Origin: Sulfolobaceae archaeon
GTDB lineage: Archaea; Thermoproteota; Thermoprotei_A; Sulfolobales; Sulfolobaceae
Length of the DNA: 64,000 nt
Direction of reading: 5' to 3'
NCBI GenBank assembly: GCA_038893355.1
Contig: JAWARQ010000003.1
Coordinates: 96,001-160,000, forward strand
Shown: piece after piece, positions 54,703 to 64,000 of the stretch
Layout of the letters: each line of letters starts with the position of its first letter
How positions within the stretch are numbered: position 1 is the first letter of the stretch
The notes under the pieces: model-generated
What the model was told of the DNA's origin: nothing
What the model saw: only the letters and a program-made list of their open reading frames with translations
Databases searched by the model: none
Position numbers and translations under genes: made by a program

Positions 54703-55167
54703 ATGAACTATATAGATCCGTTATCAAGAGTAGCCGATTTAATTGGATTGTTAAGCATATTAGTTAATACATTTAATGGTAAGGCAGATTTGTACGAAGT
54801 AGAAAGAGAGTTTAAGGTTGACATAGACGACTTAATGGCAATAGTATATACTGCAGAATCTTTAGGCTTTGTAACATTAGGGGAAGGTGATATTATAATA
54901 ACTGATAAGGGTTTAGAATTTCTTGATGCAAATATTAAAAAGAGGAAAGAAATGTTAAAGGAGGCTCTAGCACGTGTTGAACCCTTTAAAACAGCATTAG
55001 AATTACGAGAATTCACATTAGAAGAACTTTATAGAAAAATAGTAGATAAAGGTTTAATTAAATACTCAGGCCCTTCTGGAATGAGAGATTTAGAAATAAT
55101 ACTTTTAGAGTGGGGAGTATATTCTGGACTTCTCGGATATAAAGAAGATAAGTTTTACGTACGATGA
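54703..55167 (+). CDS. Stand-alone AAA-associated C-terminal domain protein (winged helix of NitT/TauT ATPases)
   Basis: GKADLY, DIDDL...AESLGF...GDIIITDKG and LEWGVYSGL motifs. Confidence 0.8.
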   Translation: MNYIDPLSRVADLIGLLSILVNTFNGKADLYEVEREFKVDIDDLMAIVYTAESLGFVTLGEGDIIITDKGLEFLDANIKKRKEMLKEALARVEPFKTALELREFTLEELYRKIVDKGLIKYSGPSGMRDLEIILLEWGVYSGLLGYKEDKFYVR

Positions 55168-55218
55168 GTCGTAATTCAAGATATATATTAAAATGGAAAG
55201 TTCGAAAGAAATCTCAGT

Positions 55219-55956
55219 ATGGATAAAGAATTAACACACTATACTAGAGAAGCAGATGTTTTTAGAACTAAAGTTTTTGGTATTCAAGATGGTACAATAG
55301 GAACTGGAGCTATAGTATTAGGAGCGGTCGGGTATACTAATGATCCTATATTCATATTAATAGCAGGCTTACTTGCAGTAATAGGCCAGGCTTTTTCAAT
55401 GGGTGTTGGGGAGTATATTTCCACTAAAGTGAGATTAAGAGTACTGCAAAATGAGATCAAGAAGGAGGAAATAGAAATAGAAAAGTTCCCTGAAAAAGAG
55501 AAGGAGGAAATAATAGGATTTTATATACAAAAAGGCCTTTCTAGGTTGGAAGCGGAAAAGATCGCCGAGGTGCTAATGAGGGATAAGAAAATTATACTAT
55601 ATGAAATGATGATTCATGAACTTAAAATGATTCCAGAAGAGTTTGAAAGTCCATTAAAGTTAGCAGTAATAATGTCATTTTATTTAATCATAGGTGGAAT
55701 AATTCCATTAATACCATTTATAGTAAATTTGTTCTATAAATTCAGTTTAACCTATGCTATAACTATATCAATTATATTAATATTATCATTACTTGGTTTC
55801 TTTGGAATATTATCCAGTAAATATACTGGAATCTCGAAAACGAGATCTGCACTTGAGCAAATAGGAATTGGGGTATTAGCACTCATAGGGAGTTTCTTAG
55901 CAGGACATTTATTATCGGTATTCTTACATACTAGCTTCCTTCTTGGGATGCCCTAA
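55219..55956 (+). CDS. VIT1/CCC1 family Fe/Mn transporter
   Basis: [18 protein letters not shown], Glu-rich loop and GGIIPLIPF motifs. Confidence 0.92.
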   Translation: MDKELTHYTREADVFRTKVFGIQDGTIGTGAIVLGAVGYTNDPIFILIAGLLAVIGQAFSMGVGEYISTKVRLRVLQNEIKKEEIEIEKFPEKEKEEIIGFYIQKGLSRLEAEKIAEVLMRDKKIILYEMMIHELKMIPEEFESPLKLAVIMSFYLIIGGIIPLIPFIVNLFYKFSLTYAITISIILILSLLGFFGILSSKYTGISKTRSALEQIGIGVLALIGSFLAGHLLSVFLHTSFLLGMP

Positions 55957-56863
55957 ATAGTCTAGCTAAATTTCTTGGAATCTTTGCAGGTTTAGGATCC
56001 TTAGAGTATAATTCTCTTCTTTTTGCTTCTAATTGCTCAATTTCTCTACCTAAATATTCAGCTGCAGTAAGTATCCGTATCCCTACATCCCTTGATAATT
56101 CGTATATGGGGCGAAGTACTTCTCTATAATTGAGATCCCTTAATACATGATGATCAATTATTATCCTTTCTACTCCACTCTTAGCAATCATTTCTAAATT
56201 TCTTATACTTGTCTCTAAATCTTTCTGTGAAAGTACCCTTCCTAATAGATAACTTAAAGGACCATCAATTATAATAAAATTAGGTTTCATTTTAAATGTA
56301 AATTCAGTATGCTGCGGTCTAACAGCACCTTCGATATCAGATGTGAATAAAACACAAGAATCACCATCTTTTATTGCAACTTGAACAACGTAACCTAACC
56401 TCTCATCCGCTCCATGTGGAACAGCATTAGAGAATGAAATAATTGTTGATCCTATCCTATACTCCTTACCGTCTGCAATTTCGATAATTTTAGGAATATT
56501 TTTTATAGATTTTAAAAAACGTGGGGCCCTCCTATACCTCTGACTGTTATTTATATTATTTAAAGGGTCCTTTATGATAACTATCTTCTCTTTATACACA
56601 TCCGTAGGAATTATAAATCCTGGATCATGATGATCATAGTGATAATGAGTTATGATTAGAACATCAGCACTAGAAGCCTCTTTAGTTATAACTTCAGCCA
56701 ATTCTATAAGCCTCTTAACCTCAATTTCATGAGGAGGAAGACCATATCTTATTGGAGCTAAAGAAATTGCAGGATCTATTACTATTCTTAAATCTTTTGT
56801 TTCTATTAATGTAGCCTGCGACCTTACACCTATACTCTCAAATGCTAAAGGTTTTATTTCCAC
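55931..56863 (-). CDS. Metallo-beta-lactamase fold hydrolase (UPF0282-like)
   Basis: [23 protein letters not shown] and DHHVLRD motifs. Confidence 0.9.
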   Translation of the reverse strand: MEIKPLAFESIGVRSQATLIETKDLRIVIDPAISLAPIRYGLPPHEIEVKRLIELAEVITKEASSADVLIITHYHYDHHDPGFIIPTDVYKEKIVIIKDPLNNINNSQRYRRAPRFLKSIKNIPKIIEIADGKEYRIGSTIISFSNAVPHGADERLGYVVQVAIKDGDSCVLFTSDIEGAVRPQHTEFTFKMKPNFIIIDGPLSYLLGRVLSQKDLETSIRNLEMIAKSGVERIIIDHHVLRDLNYREVLRPIYELSRDVGIRILTAAEYLGREIEQLEAKRRELYSKDPKPAKIPRNLARLFRASQEGS

Positions 56864-56907
56864 TATATAAAAAAAGTTTTAAAAATTAAAAATTCAGCTA
56901 TCATCGT

Positions 56908-57156
56908 TTATAGTAGACTTAAATTAATTTCTGCCTTCAATTTATATAACTCATCAAGTTTACTTCTAATCTCTAACTTCATCATTCTTATTCCGTAATT
57001 AGTACTTCTTTCTCTCATTTTCCCTATACCATAAATTACTAACCCAGTAAATGTGGTAATATGAAATGGATCATCCAGTCCAAACGCTATAAATTTCCCC
57101 AAAATTTTTAACGATTCCCCTTTCTTATCGTAATCACCTAGCAACTCCTTAAACAT
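56908..57156 (-). CDS. Small hypothetical protein
   Basis: 82-aa ORF with a central hydrophobic stretch; its upstream region abuts the IS. Confidence 0.5.
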   Translation of the reverse strand: MFKELLGDYDKKGESLKILGKFIAFGLDDPFHITTFTGLVIYGIGKMRERSTNYGIRMMKLEIRSKLDELYKLKAEINLSLL

Positions 57157-57239
57157 CTCTAAAACTACATTTCGCTTAAATGACTATTAAAGTGTAGAAC
57201 ATAATATTACGAGCTATGTATAACTATTCTAAATAATTA

Positions 57240-58435
57240 TAGCAGTTGTTCTACTTTCCCTCGGTAATACAAGATTTTCAGTATTACCGATAAAGTTTTT
57301 AGTCTAGCGTTTGGTTGATTGAAAAGTGTGAAGTCCGAGGAAGAGCTGGACATTGCAAGGAACGAGTTCTAAGTCCTTCAATTCCGTAGTCGGGATACTG
57401 AGGATGAATGGATTGAGCAGAAAGGTCGCAGTAAGTTTAGCACTCATGGCCTTGATAGGAGGGAGGGCAAGCATTAGGAACGCGGCAATCACGTTCGTGT
57501 TAAACTACGCCAACTTGTTAAAAGTACTGGAGAACTTGGAAGACGCTTGGAGTGACTACCTTGAGGCGTTAAGCAAAGTGATAGTTGGGCTCTGGTGGTT
57601 ATAGTTGACGACATATTCGACCACAAACTCTATTCCAGAGTAGAGGGAGTAGTTAGCAGGTACGGGAACTACTTCGCGTGGTGTTCCGTGCATAAGAGGT
57701 TCGAGCGGGAGTGCAAGTCCTCACAATAGCCTTATACGACTTAGCTACAAGGAGGAGCTATCTGGTCGGCGCGTTCCCCTACGCCACGAGAAAGATGTGG
57801 GAGAGCGGGATGGTGAACGAGTTCAAGGTTGAAATGTCTGCGGAAATTATCGAGATCCTCAAAAGACGTTTCCTTTTATATAGGATCGTTTTTGACTCTT
57901 GGTATTTGTCGGAGAAGCTGGTGAAGGGTAGTGTAGTTTCTGAGTTGAAGTCTAATAGGAGGCTTCTTAGGGTTAGGTCTTTGGAGGGAGGGAAGGCGTT
58001 GGGGGTGGAGGGGAACGCCCCCATGTTGGAGGTCTCCCTCCAGGGTCTTACTTAGCTGATTTGACCCTAGGGGATCGAGTTATTACAGTAAAATTGTTAA
58101 TACTGGTATATAAAGGTAATAGGCTTAACTTGTATGCTACTGACCTTAACTTGAGCGATGAGGAGATAGAGGCAACTTGGAAGATTAGGTGGGAGATAGA
58201 GAAGTTGCACAGGGACGTCAAGACCTTGGTATGCAAGATTCCTCTTTCCTCAAAAGGAGAAGGCTTCAAGGTTATCTACTCCTCTTCGTGATGGTGGTTA
58301 ACACGGTGAGAGATTTGATTAGTTCCCTTAACCTGAAGAGCGTGGAGGAACTTCTCCGGTTCGTTGAAATTCGTTTAGGAGGTGCTCTAGGTTTGATGAA
58401 AATTTTTAAGCTGCGTTAAAGTAGAACAACTGCTA
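57240..58435 (+). mobile_element. ISC1217-like insertion sequence (about 1.2 kb), decayed
   Basis: 18-bp perfect terminal inverted repeats TAGCAGTTGTTCTACTTT (57240-57257 / 58418-58435), flanked by TAATTA on both sides (57234-57239, 58436-58441). Interior is markedly more GC-rich than the host. Confidence 0.88.
57353..58419 (+). pseudogene. Frameshifted DDE transposase
   Basis: Fragments in different frames: IVDDIFDHK, FDSWY, KIRWEIEKLHRDVK and LGMQDSSF. Several frameshifts. Confidence 0.85.
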
Positions 58436-58453
58436 TAATTAGTTATATAAAAA

Positions 58454-59098
58454 TTATAGAAAAGATAGAGCAAAATATTCATTTTTTAATCTATCAAAAA
58501 CTTTCAGTATTGATAAATTATATGAAGACTTACCTAATAAAATAAAATTTTTTATAATTCTATAAAAATTTAGATTTGAACTTATTCTATATAGAGTTCC
58601 TTTTAAAATACCCTTACTACTTTCTAGAAAAGCCTCTATTCTATCAACAATTATATACCTATTTTTAACAAAATAATTATCTATATCAAAGAAATTTAAT
58701 AAAGCTGGGCCATTTTTATATTCCGTATAATCTCCAACTTCTATATACTTCAGAAAATATGATTTAGCGTAAATATACGCATATGCGCTTAAACTATATC
58801 TCCTTTTAGAATCAAAGTATACTTTAACTGCTTCTCTTTTATAAAGATCATCAGGTGAATCATGATATTCTTCAACTTCATCTAATAATCTTAAAGTTTC
58901 ATTAGATACTCTATAAACTTCCCCCCATACTACATTATCACCTTCACTTTTAATTATCCCGGGATATTCACCTATATCAACCATTTTATAGCCAGTTATA
59001 TATCCAAGGCCTATATAACTACTATTATTTCTTAATAGTAGTGAGCTTAATGGAAACCCATATCTCAAAGTTCCGTAAACAAATACGTAGTTCTCCAT
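58454..59098 (-). CDS. Gamma-glutamylcyclotransferase (AIG2-like) protein
   Basis: VFVYGTLR, YPG, VWGEVY and LDEVE motifs. Confidence 0.9.
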   Translation of the reverse strand: MENYVFVYGTLRYGFPLSSLLLRNNSSYIGLGYITGYKMVDIGEYPGIIKSEGDNVVWGEVYRVSNETLRLLDEVEEYHDSPDDLYKREAVKVYFDSKRRYSLSAYAYIYAKSYFLKYIEVGDYTEYKNGPALLNFFDIDNYFVKNRYIIVDRIEAFLESSKGILKGTLYRISSNLNFYRIIKNFILLGKSSYNLSILKVFDRLKNEYFALSFL

Positions 59099-59188
59099 AA
59101 CTAGCTTCCCGCTATTTCACAGTTAGTTAATTATTAAACACTAAAATTTTTACCATTGATTTTGCTGCTATATTAACTCAACCTAAAC

Positions 59189-59632
59189 TTAAATACTCTT
59201 ATTAGAATTTCTTAATAGTAATAAAAATCCAATAAGGATTATTACTGGCGCAAATATACTACTTATTATATCTAATTCAAATTTATTATTTAAATTATTG
59301 TTTATAATACTACTTTGATTTCTTGTATAAACTTGAATATATATTGAGGTTTCCTTATTAACGTATATCTCTGTATTATTTGGTTTTATAAATACTCTGG
59401 GATCATAAGAGAATGCAATTATCTTTACTGTTCCATTTACATTAATAGTAGCGTTTGAATAAACGATAATCGGAGTAGTAGAATTTTCTTCTAGTACCAT
59501 TATGATCAAATTCTTACCGTTCGTGTAGATATGTAAAGGATATGCTACAGCTAGTTTTTGACTATATAGTTGGGACAATACTAAAAACACTAATATAGCA
59601 ACCCTAAGGATAAGGAACCTCCTTTCGTACAT
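59189..59632 (-). CDS. Small secreted/membrane-anchored hypothetical protein
   Basis: Signal-like N-terminus, sequons and C-terminal TM. Confidence 0.65.
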   Translation of the reverse strand: MYERRFLILRVAILVFLVLSQLYSQKLAVAYPLHIYTNGKNLIIMVLEENSTTPIIVYSNATINVNGTVKIIAFSYDPRVFIKPNNTEIYVNKETSIYIQVYTRNQSSIINNNLNNKFELDIISSIFAPVIILIGFLLLLRNSNKSI

Positions 59633-59679
59633 TATTTTTATAAATAACTGCTTATAAAAATATGAGTAAAATGAAACTT

Positions 59680-59736
59680 TTTATGATGAAGTTAAAGAAA
59701 AAGGATATTGATGAATTATCCTAGTCCATCTGATTT
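59680..59736 (+). ncRNA. Box C/D guide sRNA
   Basis: C ATGATGA (59683-89) - AGTTAAAGAAAA - D' AGGA - C' TTGATGA (59708-14) - ATTATCCTAGTCCAT - D CTGA (59730-33). TATA CTTATAAA about 25 bp upstream. Confidence 0.75.
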
Positions 59737-60517
59737 ACTTGCCCTTCTCCTCAACTTTCTTCATTGCCGCTAACGATAATGTGGGGTAAAGATCATTTGT
59801 AGCAGGAACTACTATTATAAGGTTTCCCTTCTGCGAAATATCTGATAACAATTCTAAAAATCTAATTTGTAGTGCTAAAGGATTATTTTGATAGTACTTT
59901 GAGGCCTCTGCTAATATAGATGCTGATTGTCTTTCACCCTCACTTAAAATAATCTTTGATCTTCTTATCCTCTCAGCTTCAGCCTGTTTAGCCATTGCTG
60001 AAAGCAACTCTTGAGATAATCTGATATCCTTTATTGTCACAGCAGTAACTTTTACACCCCACGCTTCTGTCACCTCATCTAAAATTGCCTGTAGCCTCTT
60101 ATTTACTTCCTCCCTTTTCGTTAATATCTCATCTAGTTCTAATTGGCTTACAACATCCCTTAGAGTAGTCTGTGCATAGTTTCTCACAGCACTGTAAAAA
60201 TCTCTTACTGAAACTATAGCTTTTAATGGATCTATTACCCTATAATAAATTACTGCATCAACATTTACAGTTACATTATCCCTTGTTACAATCACTTGAG
60301 GTGGGACATCGACATTTACTACTCTTAGATCTACCCTTAGGGGTTTATCTATAAATGGAATTATCGCTATTACTCCAGGGCCTTTAAGTCCAATAACTCT
60401 TCCTAATCTCAGTACTACTACCCTCTCCCATTCATTTACTATTTTTAAGGATGCTGCAAGCAATATTATTGCTATTAGTATGATAAATGCAGTTATTATG
60501 TATACTTCGTAAGCCAT
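59735..60517 (-). CDS. SPFH/stomatin (slipin) family protein
   Basis: ERVVVLRLG, TRDNV, AQTTLR and AMAKQAEAER motifs. Confidence 0.95.
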   Translation of the reverse strand: MAYEVYIITAFIILIAIILLAASLKIVNEWERVVVLRLGRVIGLKGPGVIAIIPFIDKPLRVDLRVVNVDVPPQVIVTRDNVTVNVDAVIYYRVIDPLKAIVSVRDFYSAVRNYAQTTLRDVVSQLELDEILTKREEVNKRLQAILDEVTEAWGVKVTAVTIKDIRLSQELLSAMAKQAEAERIRRSKIILSEGERQSASILAEASKYYQNNPLALQIRFLELLSDISQKGNLIIVVPATNDLYPTLSLAAMKKVEEKGK

Positions 60518-60541
60518 ATCTAGTCTTTCAATTCAATATTT

Positions 60542-61843
60542 TTAAAGTTTTCTTGATAAAATCGCAGCAATAAGAAAACCAATTAAAAATGATAAAATAA
60601 TTATAATAATAGTTAAATTAAAATTATTCTCGTACTGAAAATTCATAGACTGTTGCTGATTTGAAACTTTTGAAAATATTGATATTATATGCTTTGATAA
60701 ATTTAAATTACTTATAAAATTTGATATTGAATTATATTCATCTTTTAAATATCCATAAATTCTTTGTAACAACTCGCTACTGAATACATAAGAATTTGAT
60801 ATTGTAAAATTGCCTGGATAGTAAACGATGTATGTAAGAGATGAAATATTATCTATTCTTGCAATACCACTACTATTAGTTATACCATATCCTATATCTT
60901 GGAAAAATACATTCTTAACTATAATCTTTTGATTAGGTATTGGTTTTCCATCTAACGTTAAACTAACATATAAAGTATCATTAATTTTCTTCAACGAGAT
61001 TTGTGGCGGTGTAGGCCATAAAATATTTCTAGACGGAACAGCACTAATAGTTAACGCATAAGGTGAAAAAATTTCACCAGACCTAACTGTATTAAGGTTA
61101 TAAACACCCTCGCCAGTATCAAATCCAAAACTATAAGCCACTGGGGGAATTTTAAGTGAGTTTGTGCCCTCGTCTAAGTAGTAAATACCCATAGTAGAAT
61201 TTACATTCATATATACAGAACTTCCTTCTCCTGGACCTCCCCATACAAGTTCTAAAGAATTCGGTATTCCTATTCCATTTGAAAAACCACCGATAATAAT
61301 ACTCCCACCTATTTGAAATATGTAATATATTCTTTCTTTATCATTATTAATTTTATATCCAAAAGAAGTTGATGTCATATTAGACTTTATGAATAGAGTA
61401 AGAGATAATGGTAAACTTACATTAATCGTAGGTCCAACATAAATTAATACACCTAAGCCTCTGTAACTCGTAATATTTTTATCATTAATATAGAATTTCC
61501 CACTAAGATTCCATATATTAACTATAAACGTAATTCGTAAAGAATCTTTACCTTGTTGAAATAATGCAACGTTCTGAATCCAAAACTGATTATCTAGTAC
61601 AGCATTTAACTGAAGTGAAGCATTACCTTCTTGATAAACTTCTAATCCTAAATATGATTTACCAATGCTAATTGAAGTGATATTTGCAACACCAATCACA
61701 AAATTTGTAATAATTGTTGGAGTAAGAAAGAATGTAGATATTCCTATAGGTAAAGGATCCGATAAATCGGCGTAAGTAATTATAGATAGAGGTTCAAGTA
61801 TAATTAAAAGGAGAAGTGAAACTATTATTAATAATGACTTCAT
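60542..61843 (-). CDS. Thermopsin-family (A5) secreted protease with C-terminal anchor
   Basis: PIGI, ASLQLN, FWIQNV, NIWN, ELVWGGPGEG and SFGFDTGE motifs. Confidence 0.88.
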   Translation of the reverse strand: MKSLLIIVSLLLLIILEPLSIITYADLSDPLPIGISTFFLTPTIITNFVIGVANITSISIGKSYLGLEVYQEGNASLQLNAVLDNQFWIQNVALFQQGKDSLRITFIVNIWNLSGKFYINDKNITSYRGLGVLIYVGPTINVSLPLSLTLFIKSNMTSTSFGYKINNDKERIYYIFQIGGSIIIGGFSNGIGIPNSLELVWGGPGEGSSVYMNVNSTMGIYYLDEGTNSLKIPPVAYSFGFDTGEGVYNLNTVRSGEIFSPYALTISAVPSRNILWPTPPQISLKKINDTLYVSLTLDGKPIPNQKIIVKNVFFQDIGYGITNSSGIARIDNISSLTYIVYYPGNFTISNSYVFSSELLQRIYGYLKDEYNSISNFISNLNLSKHIISIFSKVSNQQQSMNFQYENNFNLTIIIIILSFLIGFLIAAILSRKL

Positions 61844-61910
61844 CTTATATCAAATCATTAATTATACTAAAATCTTTATTTGATAATTTCATAATAAATC
61901 TTAAAGGGAG

Positions 61911-62306
61911 ATGGCTCATCATATTCCATTAACAATTATAGGTATTTTAGTAATAGTGTTACTACTTCTTGTTACTGGTTATATTACAGATCCTATTATT
62001 GATGGAGTAGCATTTAGTATAATTGGTTATATTACTTATAGGACTTTGTATGTGGTAATTAAATTCAGAAAAAGGAATATATTTTCAGAAATTGGTAAAA
62101 GGGCTAAAGCATTAGAAGATATTAAGCCAGGATCATATGGTTATGTTCTATTGGATGGAGAGTATTGGAAAGCTAAAGCATTAGAAGATATTAAAGCAGG
62201 GGATGAGGTTATAGTTATAAAAAGAGATGGTCTAACACTTTATATTAAAAAAGTAAAAGAAGGTGTTAGTGAGGAAGAAAGTAATGAAAATAAAGGTACC
62301 TTATAA
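61911..62306 (+). CDS. Short NfeD-like protein (TM + OB-fold)
   Basis: IGKRAKALEDI..G..GYVLLDGEYWKA...GDEVIVIKRDGLTLYI pattern. Confidence 0.88.
   Translation: MAHHIPLTIIGILVIVLLLLVTGYITDPIIDGVAFSIIGYITYRTLYVVIKFRKRNIFSEIGKRAKALEDIKPGSYGYVLLDGEYWKAKALEDIKAGDEVIVIKRDGLTLYIKKVKEGVSEEESNENKGTL
62103..62194. repeat. 23-bp exact direct repeat inside nfeD (AKALEDIK x2)
   Basis: gctaaagcattagaagatattaa at 62103-62125 and 62172-62194. Confidence 0.9.
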
Positions 62307-62574
62307 CAAAATTTTGACGATATTCAGTGGGCATGAAATAGAACAAAATGGAGATGAAATAAAGATAATATTTAAACCACCTTCTACAAGTGAAGCAGCG
62401 AGTTCTAATGATATTGAGTATGAAGTGAGGAGGTATTATGTAATAGAGGGGAAGATTGAAGGAGATGATGTAGTTATATATAGAGTATATTTGAAAGACG
62501 AAAATTATATAAGGGATTTAGATGAAGAAGAAGTAAAAATTTGGTTAGATTATTTATTATCATTAGAAAGTTAA
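62284..62574 (+). CDS. Hypothetical protein
   Basis: Probable ATG at 62284 overlapping the nfeD end; acidic 96-aa protein. Confidence 0.65.
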   Translation: MKIKVPYNKILTIFSGHEIEQNGDEIKIIFKPPSTSEAASSNDIEYEVRRYYVIEGKIEGDDVVIYRVYLKDENYIRDLDEEEVKIWLDYLLSLES

Positions 62575-62654
62575 ACAAATAATTTTAATTCATTAAAATT
62601 AAAATTAGATAATATTACTAACTAATAAAGATATTAAACTAAAATTTAATTAAT

Positions 62655-63512
62655 ATGATACAATATATGAGTAGGGGGAAGAAGATTAGTAGAAATGATA
62701 AAGAGTCACTAATAGAGCTAATGAGGGAAGAACTAAGGAGAAATTACTATATCAATGTTGATCTTAAAATAAAGGAAGGTTATGTTAGTGGTGCAGGAGA
62801 TTCTTATGCTGCAGCACTATGTATTGAAGGTAAAACGAAGGGTAGATTTAGGGCAATAGACCCTTATGAGGGGCAAGAATACGATATTAAAAAACCATTA
62901 ATTGTTGTTTCCATTTCTGGAAGGACAAAAAGCAATATAAATTTAGCAAGAAAATTTAAATCAAAAACTGAAATAATAGTAATAACCGCTAATGAGAATT
63001 CTGAATTAGCTAAAATTGCAGACTACCTTATCTTACTACCGATTCAACCCAAGCGACTGCCTGGAATATCTACTTTCTTAGCATCACTTAGTGCATTATA
63101 CTCTATAGCAGGTGAAAAGATCGATGAAGAAAGTGATGTTCCAATTATCTTACCTAAAAACCCTTTCTTTATAGGTAAAGGGGAGAATTATGGTGTAGCA
63201 TATTACGCTTACCTTAAATTGGCAGAAATCTACGGCGAATATTCATATTTTGAAAGATTAGAACAGTTCTTTCACGCACCAGTATTTATAAGTAGGGGTT
63301 CTAATATTGTAATCTTCGGATCGAATGATCCCCGTGAAGAATTAGAAATCAATTTTGCAAAAGTTTATAAGTCAAGATGTAAAGGGGCGTTCTGTAATAC
63401 TAAATGGTTTCTTGAATCTTTAATAAAAAGGATGGAAATAGAAAAATGGGAAAAAATATATTTTTTAGAAGATAAAGAGATTCTAGAATTTAGTTCATTA
63501 AATATTTATTAA
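62655..63512 (+). CDS. SIS-domain (sugar isomerase) protein
   Basis: GAGDSY, VSISGRT, ITAN..SELA and EQFFHAP motifs. Confidence 0.88.
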   Translation: MIQYMSRGKKISRNDKESLIELMREELRRNYYINVDLKIKEGYVSGAGDSYAAALCIEGKTKGRFRAIDPYEGQEYDIKKPLIVVSISGRTKSNINLARKFKSKTEIIVITANENSELAKIADYLILLPIQPKRLPGISTFLASLSALYSIAGEKIDEESDVPIILPKNPFFIGKGENYGVAYYAYLKLAEIYGEYSYFERLEQFFHAPVFISRGSNIVIFGSNDPREELEINFAKVYKSRCKGAFCNTKWFLESLIKRMEIEKWEKIYFLEDKEILEFSSLNIY

Positions 63513-63527
63513 TAAAAATAAAATAAT

Positions 63528-63839
63528 TTATTGAATCAATTTTTTCATTAATTCGTGGAATTTTTCATAAGGATGAATTGCATATACTTCAACTGTTATT
63601 GAGTGACCTAGCTCTTTCATTATTGGAAGATTTTCTAGAATCTCATCTAATTCTTCATGAGTATTAACATCGAGTATAGCTACAACCTCTCTCCTCCCAG
63701 AGACTTTATAAAGTCCCTTTATCTTACCTGTTTTTACTGCATTAAGCGCAGCCTCTGCCTCTTTATTCCAAATTTCCATTAATCTTCTTTGAGAAATGGT
63801 CTCAGGCTGTTTAACTTTAAACCATAGCAGGAATAGCAT
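63528..63839 (-). CDS. Muconolactone delta-isomerase family protein
   Basis: MLFLL, GKIKGLYKVSG, EELDEILENLP and HP C-terminal pattern. Confidence 0.75.
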   Translation of the reverse strand: MLFLLWFKVKQPETISQRRLMEIWNKEAEAALNAVKTGKIKGLYKVSGRREVVAILDVNTHEELDEILENLPIMKELGHSITVEVYAIHPYEKFHELMKKLIQ

Positions 63840-64000
63840 AAAATAAATAAGTATTTTAAATATTAAAATCTTCTTGATAATATCTATTACTTAGAATTTT
63901 TAAACTAATTCCGTAGAGATTGTATGATCAGAATTCTTAAATATTCTCTTTCTAAAATATATTATCCTTTTAAAGAATACTAGATTCTCTTATTATATCA

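Noticed and set aside
56894-56907. Minus-strand CGATGA...CTGA as another C/D RNA
   Set aside because: Only 3 nt separate the boxes and there are no guides or upstream box C.

Overview
AT-rich (roughly 30% GC by eye) archaeal chromosomal segment. Gene content (MCM-GINS23-Orc1-2, RFC, ArnA/ArnB, SegAB, CarS, PibD, PoK/PPS/PanB, OFOR, thermopsin, PaREP1) points to a Sulfolobales crenarchaeon. It is mostly core genome: about 65 CDS, two tRNA-Leu genes (TAG with a 17-nt BHB intron; CAA without), one decayed ISC1217-like IS with intact ends and a 6-bp target duplication, and a frameshifted SSV-type integrase N-fragment abutting tRNA-Leu(CAA). Several features are absent from the ORF track. (1) A K-turn H/ACA-type guide RNA whose pocket matches the 16S rRNA GGAUUAGAUACCC loop. 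(2) Two box C/D guide RNAs, one overlapping the arnB stop codon and predicted to target the wobble U34 of tRNA-Thr(UGU). (3) A winged-helix ORF with no ATG/GTG/TTG start, coupled to orc1-2. (4) A SegB-type site at the segA start and a DNA-damage-type ANTTTC box upstream of orc1-2. Candidate uncharacterised modules are YqgF-like nuclease + Clp1 kinase, stomatin + thermopsin + protease-less NfeD, a pseudo-nuclease pair facing arnAB, and a P-loop-less DRG-like protein in a translation operon. All family calls come from motif recognition by eye; no database searches were run.
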